61,550 nucleotides of DNA, filler included, from 5 parts of 5 records of this genome joined end to end with filler, not necessarily neighbours in it; one strand, 5' to 3'; positions 38,732 to 48,435 are shown, counted from the whole stretch's first letter. Notes: generated by a model from the sequence alone, not told the origin. Translations and numbers: made by a program.

Positions 38732-40171
38732 TTACAACAAAGGGGAGAGAAGCCGGGCCAGTTTTACGCCCAGCTTGAAGAACATGCCCCGGCAATGGTA
38801 ATCATCCGGCGAGGCCGCAACGGATTCCGCGAAATCCCGTTCGAACATGGCCTTGATCCGATCGGCGAATTCGCGCCCGAATATGAGCATCATTATTTCA
38901 AAATTTAAACGGAACGAACGATTGTCAGCATTGGCCGTCCCCACAATGGCCAGGTCATCGTCAATCAACATTGCTTTTTGATGTAAAAAGCCGGCTTTGT
39001 ATCGATAGAACCGTATGTTCGGCAGGTCCAGTTGAAGGATATATGAAAAGCCGGCCAGGTACACAGTGCGATGATCGGCTTTAAAGGGCAGAATAATTCG
39101 CACATCCACACCTCTTAATGCGGCTATCTGCAAGGCTTCCAGCACTGCTTCGTTGGGAATGAAATACGGACTGGCCAGCCAGAAACGGCGCCTGGCCGAA
39201 TGAATGGCGTGAACAAACATCAGAGAGCAGTTTTCCAGTTCATCCGCCGGCCCGGTGGACATGGCCAGCATGTGCGGCCCATCCTGCTCAGCCTTTTTAA
39301 AATCCCAGTTTAAATCTATATCGGACCCGGTGGACCAATGCCAGTCATTGACAAAGGATATCTGAATATCGGCAATGACCGGCCCTTCAATTTTCAAATG
39401 GGTATCCCGCCATCTTCCAAAACGGGGATTGCGCCCCATATATTCATCGCCGATATTGTGGCCGCCGACAAACGCCGTATGACCGTCGATCACGGTAATC
39501 TTTCGATGATTCCTGAAATTGAGTTGAAAACGGTTGCCTCGTCCCTTGGTTGTATGAAACGAACTTACTTTGACTCCGGCTTTTCGTAAATCATTAATAT
39601 AACGCCGGGGGAGATTGTGGCTTCCGATCTCGTCATATTGAAAATATATTCTAACGCCCTCCTCGGCTTTTTTAGTGAGCCTGGATTTAAGTTCTCGACC
39701 GGTCTCATCGTCATTAATGATATAGTATTGAACCAGGATATAATTTTGAGCTTTATCAATAGATTCGAACATGGCGCCGAAAAAGGCGGGGCCGTCGATA
39801 AGGAGTTCGACGCGGTTGTCCGGCGTGAACGGCAGGATCGTCATCTTTTCGAACACCTCGTAATATTCAGGTATGCGATCGCCGGAAACCTCCCGGCTCT
39901 TTTCAATTCTGCGAATCACCTGTTCAACCGCATCCTGGTGCTCAATTCTGCCGGCCCGCAGGCTTTCCACATATCCATTGAATTTATTCCGGCCGAATAT
40001 CCAATAGAGCGGCAGGGCCAGCCAGGGAAAAGTGACCAGTGATATGCTCCAGGCTATAGAACCCTGGGCTGAGCGGACATTTATAACCGCATGCCAGGCG
40101 GTTAAAATCCCAAGTATTTCCACTGTAGGTACAACAACGGCCGCCAATGTAACCAGTAGTTCGAATTCCAT
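38732..40171 (-). CDS. cls: Cardiolipin synthase
   Basis: Two HKD motifs (NHRKITVID, LHQKAMLID), N-terminal TM helices. Confidence 0.93.
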   Translation of the reverse strand: MEFELLVTLAAVVVPTVEILGILTAWHAVINVRSAQGSIAWSISLVTFPWLALPLYWIFGRNKFNGYVESLRAGRIEHQDAVEQVIRRIEKSREVSGDRIPEYYEVFEKMTILPFTPDNRVELLIDGPAFFGAMFESIDKAQNYILVQYYIINDDETGRELKSRLTKKAEEGVRIYFQYDEIGSHNLPRRYINDLRKAGVKVSSFHTTKGRGNRFQLNFRNHRKITVIDGHTAFVGGHNIGDEYMGRNPRFGRWRDTHLKIEGPVIADIQISFVNDWHWSTGSDIDLNWDFKKAEQDGPHMLAMSTGPADELENCSLMFVHAIHSARRRFWLASPYFIPNEAVLEALQIAALRGVDVRIILPFKADHRTVYLAGFSYILQLDLPNIRFYRYKAGFLHQKAMLIDDDLAIVGTANADNRSFRLNFEIMMLIFGREFADRIKAMFERDFAESVAASPDDYHCRGMFFKLGVKLARLLSPLL

Positions 40172-40551
40172 GACCCCTCCCCGCTTTAAAATACAATCTC
40201 CGCCCTCAAATATTCAATTCAAATTATTCAGACATCCATTTTTTGATTAATAATTATAGAAGTTACCCAAATCCGTGTTATGGAGTTTAAGTTGATAATA
40301 GCTCGAAGGAAAATTGTTAATTGCGGGTTCAATGGGCGTTTATAACGATGCGGAGTCCCGGGTCGGCGCACTTGCCGAATATGAAATTCTATTTCACCGT
40401 GCGCCAGGCCGGATTGATTCCATGGTCAAGGCCGCACAACAAGCAGGACTCCGCTGGTTTGGCGGGACTAGAAACTGCACGCCGGCATTTTCTCCCGCCT
40501 CTATTTCTTTCAATTAAGTTGATTCTGATGATATTGTCATAAATATATATT

Positions 40552-41334
40552 TTATGGATGATCCTTGAATTTAGTAGTCAATGAGCCGTCATGGCAGGGC
40601 CTGCAGCCCATTTTACCTTTCATTATATCTGAATCGCCGTCCTTGGAATGGCATTTGCCGCATAGGCTGCGAGCCAGATTATGACTTGAACTGATCGGCT
40701 TGCCGTCAATGGCCAGGTTTATAAGGATTGCCGCCTGGCGGGCCGTGTCGGCGGTTACCCTGGCGCAACGCTCCGATCTTTCAGGACTATGCATTTCAGT
40801 TCCCGATCGATAACACCATTTACTCACGGAAGCATGGCAAAGCACTGAACTTGAAATAGTTTTGGGCACATCATATTCATATTCAGGCTTATCTGGAATA
40901 TACTCGGGGAGATTTGCTTTCTCATACCAATAAAACAAACTGTCCACCAAGGGCTCCTGGTTTTTTCTATCAAAAAACAAACCAAAGGCGGCGGCGGCCC
41001 CATTCAAGGAACCGCATAAAGTTCCCCAATTCGCAACACCGCTGGCGCCATAGGCCATCATTCCAAGAGGGAAAGTATTATAAGGCGCGCCGTATTTTTT
41101 GGCCATTTGGCCGACAATACCCGTAAATACACCATAGCAGCATCCCTGGCCCCCGTCATAAAAGCCATCGTATCCCATGGCCGCGGCTTCATCCGGATCA
41201 ATTTTGCGAGGTTCCCATGGGTAGCCCCCCTGTTTACTCAAAACGGCGAAAGCTTTCCCTGCCGGCGCAACTGATAAAGCCCCGGCCAGAAGGCCGCCGC
41301 CGATTCCTGTCAATGCTTGTCTGCGAGATATCAT
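40552..41334 (-). CDS. Split-Soret cytochrome c-like protein (C-GCAxxG-C-C family, Tat-exported, diheme)
   Basis: SRRQAL Tat signal, GCCYG, GTLCG, VLCH, ERC, and C-terminal CGKCH and CRPCH. Confidence 0.8.
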   Translation of the reverse strand: MISRRQALTGIGGGLLAGALSVAPAGKAFAVLSKQGGYPWEPRKIDPDEAAAMGYDGFYDGGQGCCYGVFTGIVGQMAKKYGAPYNTFPLGMMAYGASGVANWGTLCGSLNGAAAAFGLFFDRKNQEPLVDSLFYWYEKANLPEYIPDKPEYEYDVPKTISSSVLCHASVSKWCYRSGTEMHSPERSERCARVTADTARQAAILINLAIDGKPISSSHNLARSLCGKCHSKDGDSDIMKGKMGCRPCHDGSLTTKFKDHP

Positions 41335-41673
41335 CTCTACCCTCCTATAGTAGAAAACCACTTCATCTTTCTAACCACCCAGTCGCATCTGCAACTGCAT
41401 TAATATAAATATAAGTTAACCCCTAAAGAAATTTGAATCCGCCAGCCTTGATACTATCTCAAAATATTAGGATCAAGAAATCTTCAACTAATAATTTGGC
41501 AAAGATATCAGGCTGTAAAGAAAACCAAAATAACAAAAATGATATTCATACGCAATTAGATCTTAAGTAAAACACATTTAGGATATCATCCAGGCAAAAG
41601 CAATAAAAGGCGTGCGTCTTATTTAAAATTATCCGGATTTAAGAACAAAAAATGGGTGTCCGTATTAAAATTG

Positions 41674-42376
41674 TTACTTGATTCCAAGCTTGTACATGCG
41701 AGTATAAAGGCTTGACCTTTTCATGCCCAACCTGGCCGCGGCGCCGTCCGGCCCGCCGATTTTCCCTCCGGTCGCCCGGATTATTCTTTTGATATAGCGA
41801 CGCTGAACCTCCTCCAGAGTCAACGTTTCGACACTATCATCCTCCAACATGTCAACTTTTACCGGGATGTCCAAAGTTAAACGATCGCCCTTTGCCAAAA
41901 TCACCGACCTTTCCATACAATTTTTCAACTCCCGAACATTACCGGGCCACGGATAACTGATGAGACATTCCTCATCCTGCCGGGACAATTCAAAAGGCCT
42001 CCGCCCATATTGGCTCGCATAGTATTGCAGAAAATATTCAGCCAGCAGGATAATGTCGTCTCCCCGCTTGCGAAGCGGCGGAAGATCGAGGTGTATGACA
42101 TTTAGCCGGTAATAAAGATCCGGCCTGAATCGTTCCTCTTTTACTTCATCTGAAAGAGAACGATTTGTAGCCGCTACAAGTCTGAAGTCGGACTTGATTA
42201 ATTGCGATCCGCCAACCCTGGTGAATGCTTTTGACTCAAGCGCCCTCAGCAGTTTGGCCTGAACCTGAAGAGAAAGCTCTCCAATTTCATCTATAAACAG
42301 GGTTCCTTTGTGGGCCAGTTCCATTCGTCCCCGCTTACGGGAATCAGCGCCGGTGAAAGCCCCTTTTTCATGGCCG
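41674..42376 (-). CDS. Sigma-54-dependent activator (5' truncated)
   Basis: [28 protein letters not shown] almost identical to that of 9955-12780 ([10 protein letters not shown]). Confidence 0.9.
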
Positions 42377-42476
42377 NNNNNNNNNNNNNNNNNNNNNNNN
42401 NNNNNNNNNNNNNNNNNNNNTTAATTAATTAANNNNNNNNNNNNNNNNNNNNNNNNNNNNNNNNNNNNNNNNNNNN
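42377..42476. other. Artificial contig linker
   Basis: N-run with TTAATTAATTAA. Confidence 0.99.
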
Positions 42477-42530
42477 GGGGAACGATTGATAAAATACTTA
42501 ATCGTTAGCCTCAATTAAAGAAATACGAAC

Positions 42531-43610
42531 ATGGAACATCCAAAACAATTGGATTTATTCACGGAAATCATTGATGACACAGAGAAGGAAGTACTCATCT
42601 TTAGATATGAAATAGCAAATTATGGTGCTGATTATCCGGTAGACTCATTGGTGAAACGATTACGAAATAAAGCAATTTTTGTACCTCCTTTTCAACGTAG
42701 GTTTGTCTGGAATATTTATGAAGCTTCAAAGTTTATTGAGTCCCTACTTCTTGGACTACCAGTTCCGGGAATTTTCTTGTCTAAAGAACGTGAAACTAAT
42801 CGGCTTCTAATTGTTGATGGACAACAGAGGTTATTAACATTAAGATTCTTCTATGATAAAGTTTTTAGAGATGGAACAGAATTCACATTAAAGGGGGTTC
42901 AAGAGGATTTGGAAGGAAAAAACTATGATGATCTTTCTCCGTCAGATCAGAATCGTCTAGACGACTCAATTATACATTCAACAATCATCAAGCAGGAAGA
43001 GCCAGATGATGATGATAGCAGTATTTATCAAATTTTCGAGAGAATAAATTCAGGAGGACGACCTTTAAGTGCTCAAGAAATTAGAGCCTGTATTTACTAT
43101 GGGAAATTCAATGAACTTTTGGTTGAATTGGCATCCAAGAAATTAACTTGGCGCAAAATTATTGAAGGGGAACATAATGATCGATTAAAGGAAGAAGAGT
43201 TAATTCTTCGATTCTTTGCCTTGCATTATAATTTGGCAAATTACAAGAAACCAATGAAGGAATTCTTGAATAAATTTATGTCTACTAACAAGAATTTTGA
43301 AAAATACAGTTTTGATGAAATGGAAAATATCTTTAACGAGACGATTGGATACATTTACTCTGCTATAGGTAGTTCTGCTTTTAGATACAAAAGAGGAATT
43401 CATTCAGCGATATTTGATTCTATAATGGTTGCAACAGCTGGTTTTTTGTCAAAAGGAATAAAACCTAATAAGGATAAATTTAAAAAAGCGTATGAAGAAC
43501 TAATAGAAAATCCAGATTTCAAAAAATACTATACATCTGGAACCTCTGATGAAAATAGCGTTGAAGGCAGAATTGAATTAGCCACAAAAAATTTCGCACA
43601 AATTTCCTAA
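42531..43610 (+). CDS. DUF262 (ParB/Srx-like, GmrS-type) domain protein
   Basis: PPFQRRFVW, IVDGQQRL, IFERINSGG motifs. Confidence 0.88.
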   Translation: MEHPKQLDLFTEIIDDTEKEVLIFRYEIANYGADYPVDSLVKRLRNKAIFVPPFQRRFVWNIYEASKFIESLLLGLPVPGIFLSKERETNRLLIVDGQQRLLTLRFFYDKVFRDGTEFTLKGVQEDLEGKNYDDLSPSDQNRLDDSIIHSTIIKQEEPDDDDSSIYQIFERINSGGRPLSAQEIRACIYYGKFNELLVELASKKLTWRKIIEGEHNDRLKEEELILRFFALHYNLANYKKPMKEFLNKFMSTNKNFEKYSFDEMENIFNETIGYIYSAIGSSAFRYKRGIHSAIFDSIMVATAGFLSKGIKPNKDKFKKAYEELIENPDFKKYYTSGTSDENSVEGRIELATKNFAQIS

Positions 43611-43613
43611 TCG

Positions 43614-44072
43614 ATGAAGTGGAAATTAGAGCAACAAGAAAAGAAACTTGATTCTCTCTTCGCAATGGTACAGAAAATCGAAGATGAAGAACAAAAGGCA
43701 ATTTTGGCAAAATTCCTTTGTGTTAGGGCATCTGGATTTATAGAAAGTTCAATTCGTAATCTAATTGGGGAATTTACGAACGGAACTTCACCCCAACAAA
43801 TACAACTATACGTTAACAAAAAAACAAAATATGTTACTAACCTAAACTATGAAAGACTGTTGGAAATACTTTCAATGTTCGACAATGACTGGAGAGAAAC
43901 ATTTTCTAAAAGAGTAAATGATGAACAAAAAGCAGCTCTTAATACTATCGTGAGTAATCGTAATAATATTGCTCATGGAGAAAATGATGGAATTTCATAT
44001 GGACTTATGCATGGCTATTATAGGCGCATTAAGGAAGTAGTCGACATATTGAAAGAGACAATCAAGAAATAA
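43614..44072 (+). CDS. HEPN domain putative RNase
   Basis: RNNIAHG (R-X4-H) motif, upstream GFIE; 3 bp after the DUF262 stop. Confidence 0.8.
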   Translation: MKWKLEQQEKKLDSLFAMVQKIEDEEQKAILAKFLCVRASGFIESSIRNLIGEFTNGTSPQQIQLYVNKKTKYVTNLNYERLLEILSMFDNDWRETFSKRVNDEQKAALNTIVSNRNNIAHGENDGISYGLMHGYYRRIKEVVDILKETIKK

Positions 44073-44354
44073 CTAAGGCTAATCGAGTAGACGGCACTGA
44101 GATCAAAAGCCCACTGACCGCCTGCTAACGGTTCTGTCAGCATCGTCCCGGTCTCACATTTATCCTCCGAAATAAAATGAAGGAGGACCATCCCGACTGC
44201 AGCATCAGAGCGTTTTCCTAAAAACACGGGAAACAAACTTAAAGTACCAGAATGGTTCCGGCAGGCTAGCTTTGCAGGCAGCGGGACCAGAGCAATGCAT
44301 TGTTTAACCAATCCCGGCAAATCACTAAATGTGCCGTGAATAAAAATGAATACT

Positions 44355-44393
44355 TTTGTAGTAATGAATATTTGTATTAACTTTGTAATTACA
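44355..44393 (+). promoter_or_regulatory. Bacteroidota-type promoter with overlapping palindromic operator of the TA pair
   Basis: TTTG (44355-58), 19-nt spacer, TAACTTTG (44378-85); palindrome TGTAATTACA 44384-44393. Confidence 0.6.
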
Positions 44394-44409
44394 TTTAAAA
44401 TTTAGTACG

Positions 44410-44655
44410 ATGGAACTTTCAATAATACAAATAGGGAATTCAAAAGGGTTTAGGCTCTCCAAAACACTCATTGAAAAATACAATATCAAGGACAAAGTTG
44501 AACTCATTCTTGAAAAAGGATACATCATTCTGAAACCCATATCAAAACCCAGAAAAGACTGGGAACAAGCATTCAAAGAAATGAACGAAAATGGAGACGA
44601 CCAACTTTTATTTAATGATGTATTTGAAAATGAAAATATGGAAGAATGGAACTAA
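44410..44655 (+). CDS. AbrB/MazE family antitoxin
   Basis: IIQIGNSKGFRLSK, IILKP, acidic C-terminus. Confidence 0.88.
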   Translation: MELSIIQIGNSKGFRLSKTLIEKYNIKDKVELILEKGYIILKPISKPRKDWEQAFKEMNENGDDQLLFNDVFENENMEEWN

Positions 44656-44969
44656 AACAATATCAAATTGTGCAGGTTAACCCTGACCCGACTATCGGTA
44701 GCGAAATTAAAAAGACCAGGCCTTGTGTTATAATTTCTCCGGATGAAATGAATAAATATCTCCGGACTATTATAGTTGCTCCCATGACAACAACTTCGAG
44801 AAAGTATCCAACCAGAATTGAAGTAAAGCATGACAAAAAAATGGGTTGGATTGTAGTTGATCAAATCAGGACTATTGACAAACAAAGAATAATTAAAGTT
44901 TTGGGAAGACTTTCACAACCTGAAACAAAAGAATTGAAATCAGTGATTAGAGAAACTTTTGTTGATTGA
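44646..44969 (+). CDS. PemK/MazF family endoribonuclease toxin
   Basis: DPTIGSEIKKTRPCVIISP, APMTT, DQIRTIDKQR. Confidence 0.9.
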   Translation: MELKQYQIVQVNPDPTIGSEIKKTRPCVIISPDEMNKYLRTIIVAPMTTTSRKYPTRIEVKHDKKMGWIVVDQIRTIDKQRIIKVLGRLSQPETKELKSVIRETFVD

Positions 44970-45266
44970 ATTGAAAATGATAAAAAACCGAAAAGTGTTT
45001 TGCCCAATCAATCCCGACAAATCAATATATTCGCCGCAATAATTTCGAAACCAATACAAGCCGGATTTCATTTTACCATGTAAACCTTTTGTGCACCTGA
45101 GGGCTGGAAACCGGTAAGTCCTTGCAAGGCGGGATACGGTTTTTAGGAGACGTAAGCTGCCTTGTTTACCAATAGTTCACCGGACAAACCCACATTTCGG
45201 AAAAAAATTTATTGGGGGTGTAATATTCAACTGACCCGGGCCACTAAACCTGTAAATATTAAAATT

Positions 45267-45719
45267 ATGACACTTAAAAATGCGATAAACCTTTTCAACC
45301 GTAAAGTATCTGAAACGACTAAAAAGTCTGAAATTAAGATGTACAGGGATTTCATAAGGATACTTACCAACCTGGAAAACAGAAGCTTCTCAAAGGCTGA
45401 AGTTCAATCGATAGAGACAGAACTCAATGCGTTGGAACTGGATAGTACCACAACAAACAAGATAAAGCATTTAAAAAAATCGCTTCATCAGTTTAAGAAA
45501 TATTTGAAGGATACTTTTTCTTTCATTACCAAAGGGCACTACACGAACATGGGAATAACTTATGGAGCCTTAACAGGTTTACTTTTTGGAACTATATTTC
45601 TATCAGGCCTGGAGCGCTCTTTAGGTATTTCACTGGGCCTTTCAGTTGGAGCCTTAATCGGAATAATTATAGCAGGTTATTTGGAATCTCAGGCTAAAAC
45701 AGCGGGAAACCTGATTTAA
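45267..45719 (+). CDS. Hypothetical membrane protein (two C-terminal TM helices)
   Basis: ORF with GxxxG-rich hairpin at the C-terminus. Confidence 0.6.
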   Translation: MTLKNAINLFNRKVSETTKKSEIKMYRDFIRILTNLENRSFSKAEVQSIETELNALELDSTTTNKIKHLKKSLHQFKKYLKDTFSFITKGHYTNMGITYGALTGLLFGTIFLSGLERSLGISLGLSVGALIGIIIAGYLESQAKTAGNLI

Positions 45720-45738
45720 ATAACGAAAATATGAAAGC

Positions 45739-46230
45739 TTGACTAACGACTTCTATGCGATATCAATAAAGCCGTATGCTGCAATCATTATAAAGATATG
45801 CAGGGCCTATACGAATTCTCAGGAAGATTTTGAAGATTACTACCAGGAGGTATGCTTACAAATCTGGAGAACCAGAAACAACTTCCGGGGGCAATCTGAA
45901 TGGAGTACCTGGGTTTATAGGTTGGCACTGAATGTAAGCCTGACGATGCTGAAAAAGAAGAAAAATAATCAGCAGCATTTCACTTCTGACGCTTTGCCTG
46001 ACGAACTGGCCGAAAACAGTCAGGCATTTCCGGATGAAGCCCTCAATCAATTGTATGATGCCATCAAACAACTTTCAGAAGTTGACAGGGGTGTAATTCT
46101 ACTTTATCTGGAAGAAAAATCTTACAAAGAAATAGCCGAAATTACAGGCACCAACCCAAACAATATTGGGGTACGCATTAAACGAATTAAAGAACGATTA
46201 AAAAAATTATTAGATGGAAAAGTCAATTGA
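45739..46230 (+). CDS. ECF sigma-70 factor
   Basis: EDYYQEVCLQIW, STWVYRLALN, LYLEEKSYKEIAEITG. Confidence 0.9.
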   Translation: MTNDFYAISIKPYAAIIIKICRAYTNSQEDFEDYYQEVCLQIWRTRNNFRGQSEWSTWVYRLALNVSLTMLKKKKNNQQHFTSDALPDELAENSQAFPDEALNQLYDAIKQLSEVDRGVILLYLEEKSYKEIAEITGTNPNNIGVRIKRIKERLKKLLDGKVN

Positions 46231-46870
46231 ATCCATTTGGAAACAAGGTTTTTTAAATAACGACGCATTGGTTGCTCCAAAGCTGAACAACCTTTACGAT
46301 CAAAAATCGATACATCTGATTGATAAGTTTAAAAGGATGTTCAAAATTAATCTGAATGCAATCGTTGCCGGTTCAATACTGTTTTTGGGGATTTCGTTTT
46401 TAATTGGGATCCCATATATGGGAATCGGCTTTTTTTTAACATTAACCATAATCGTTATTGTCAACAGAAGGCTCTCCACGGGATTAAATAAAATTGATAA
46501 GAGCGATAGCAGCTATCTTTATATTAAAGCATTTAACAACTGGATGAAGCAACAGGTAAGTGTAAACAAAAAAATGGCCGGATTCTATTATCCTTTCTTC
46601 TTTTTGTCTTTTGTGCTTGGTTTTTGGCATTACCATATTAACGGAAAGCAATTGGGTGAAGCTATTACGAATAAGATTATTTTAAGCTATCCCGGCACTG
46701 ACCTTGTTTTTGGAGTGCCGCTATTTATCATACCTGGCGTGATTTTAATGATGGTTTTACTCTCATACCTTGGGGGAAGATTATATAATTGGGATTTGAA
46801 GGTCGTATATGGAGGCGTACTAAAAAAACTGGATGAAATTATTGCAGATATGGAAGAATTAAGAAACTAA
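46214..46870 (+). CDS. Membrane protein, probable anti-sigma factor
   Basis: Overlaps the ECF stop; four TM helices. Confidence 0.6.
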   Translation: MEKSIESIWKQGFLNNDALVAPKLNNLYDQKSIHLIDKFKRMFKINLNAIVAGSILFLGISFLIGIPYMGIGFFLTLTIIVIVNRRLSTGLNKIDKSDSSYLYIKAFNNWMKQQVSVNKKMAGFYYPFFFLSFVLGFWHYHINGKQLGEAITNKIILSYPGTDLVFGVPLFIIPGVILMMVLLSYLGGRLYNWDLKVVYGGVLKKLDEIIADMEELRN

Positions 46871-47086
46871 TGCTGGTGATAAGCCTGTGCGGCCCCGGCC
46901 CGATATGGCCCGGAGCGCTTGCTGCCGCTTTGGTCAACATCATTCCTGAATCACATCCGGACCATAGTGTCAGGGCTTCCATCACCTGGCACAATCCAAA
47001 CCGAAATCACTGGCACAATTCGCAACGGAACAGCAAGACCAACTTCATTTTTGTTACCCACCTGCGGAACTATTTACCATTTGGTA

Positions 47087-47350
47087 TTACCCTGCACGCT
47101 GAGTCATCCCGGTTTTATCCTCCTGAAAATAATACAAATATTCAGGGGCAAAATCAGCGCCATTTTCCCATTCGATGGTGAAGCGATTTACCCTGAAGTT
47201 TTTGAATTTCTCAACATCTTTTAATGGTTCAAAAACTTCACCCCAGAGCAGATTCTCAAAATCAATGACTTTTTCCTTCCTGTCATTAAACCGGAAATTT
47301 ATTTTGTAACCTTCGATGTATGTAGCTTGTGTTACTTTAACCATTTGCAT
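47087..47350 (-). CDS. DUF2442 family antitoxin
   Basis: YKINFRFND, VFEPLKD, TIEWENGADFAPEYLY. Confidence 0.85.
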   Translation of the reverse strand: MQMVKVTQATYIEGYKINFRFNDRKEKVIDFENLLWGEVFEPLKDVEKFKNFRVNRFTIEWENGADFAPEYLYYFQEDKTGMTQRAG

Positions 47351-47356
47351 AGCAAA

Positions 47357-47400
47357 CTATTTTAACGGTTCAATTTTATTAAACGGTTTTCTGAGCTCTA
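47357..47400 (-). pseudogene. 3' remnant of a DUF4160-type toxin gene
   Basis: Minus strand reads ...RKPFNKIEPLK-stop just upstream of DUF2442; rest of the gene absent. Confidence 0.55.
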
Positions 47401-47470
47401 ATGGTTTCCGGTTTTGTCAATTAAGGTTGTTGCTTTTTGAGAGATCAACCCTAATATCACCAATCGCTAA

Positions 47471-47505
47471 CTGCCTGCTGCCCACTGCCGACTGCCTACT
47501 GCCGA
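47471..47505 (+). repeat. Five tandem heptamers CTGCCNR
   Basis: CTGCCTG CTGCCCA CTGCCGA CTGCCTA CTGCCGA. Confidence 0.85.
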
Positions 47506-47563
47506 CTTCCAAATCTAAAATTATTTCCAATATTCTCCGATCGCATTTCCCTCAGAAAACCCA

Positions 47564-47673
47564 TCAATACCCAAACCTTTTCAGCGCCTGCTCGCTGTCG
47601 CGCCAGTCTTTATCAACTTTTACGGTGAGTTCCAGAAATACTTTTTGGCCCATGAATTCCCGATGTCTTTCCG
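47564..47673 (-). pseudogene. Diverged duplicate of the last 37 codons of era
   Basis: Aligns with 48436-48546 with 10 substitutions and a 1-nt deletion. Confidence 0.9.
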
Positions 47674-47758
47674 GATGAATCAGTCTTATAGAAAAGAGAA
47701 TTATTTTGGTAAAGTACATTCAGTTGAATTCTATATTTTTGGGAAAAGTTTTGTAAAT

Positions 47759-47989
47759 ATGAACAACTTAATAAATAGAATAACAACCGATCCTGAAGTT
47801 TGCCATGGCAAGCCATGTATTCGTGGTATGCGTTGGCCTGTAGAAGTTATCATCGACATGCTTGGATCCGGGATGACCGTTGATGAGATTCTGGAAGATC
47901 ACAAGGAACTGGAGCGCGAAGACATTCTGGCAAGCTTGAATTATGCCAAACTATCCTTGTCTGGTCTGTCAATAAAAGATGTCGCCTGA
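47759..47989 (+). CDS. DUF433 family antitoxin
   Basis: RITTDPEVCHGKPCIRGMRWPV, L..EDILA.L.YA. Confidence 0.9.
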   Translation: MNNLINRITTDPEVCHGKPCIRGMRWPVEVIIDMLGSGMTVDEILEDHKELEREDILASLNYAKLSLSGLSIKDVA

Positions 47990-48351
47990 TGAAGTTTCTT
48001 TGTGATTTTCATATCTCATTTAAACTCGTTAAGTTTTTTAAATCGGCTGGATTTGAGGCCATTCATGTAAATGATATGCTGAATAAATCTGAAACCAAAG
48101 ATGCGGAAATCTGCCGATATGCTGATGAAAATAGGTTAACTATAGTGACAAAGGACTAAGATTTCAAAGACACATACCTGGTTAAAAGATCACCGCAAAA
48201 ACTGATCAAAATAAACCTGGGCAATATCCCAAACAATGATTTGATTCAAATCTTCGAAAATCATATAAACCATATCGCAAAATTGGATAAAAAAAGTTCA
48301 TTTCTGGTGGAAATCGACAGGAATGATATCAAACTTATTCATTCAGAATGA
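47989..48351 (+). pseudogene. DUF5615 PIN-like toxin with internal stop codon
   Basis: Manual translation MKFLCDFHIS...TIVTKD*DFKD...INLGN...; TAA at 48157-48159, frame continues to TGA 48349-48351; not in the ORF track. Confidence 0.8.
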
Positions 48352-48435
48352 AATGAAAATGATAAACATAATCACCCTCAATTTAAAGTTTTATTGACAT
48401 TTTGATTTATGGGGTAAGTTTCAAGCCAGCAAATA

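Noticed and set aside
42481-42510. AACGATT...AATCGTT inverted repeat as a dif/Xer or attI site
   Set aside because: Poor match to the XerD arm and truncated by the contig edge, so it cannot be supported
44018-44320. 100-aa minus-strand ORF after HEPN
   Set aside because: No recognisable family and overlaps the HEPN 3' end; at most a gene remnant
47109-47418. CCGGTTTT(A/G)TC short direct repeat around DUF2442
   Set aside because: About 11 bp, too short to distinguish from chance
48157-48159. In-frame stop as possible recoding (Sec, Pyl or alternative code)
   Set aside because: The codon is TAA, and neighbouring genes use TAA, TAG and TGA as normal stops
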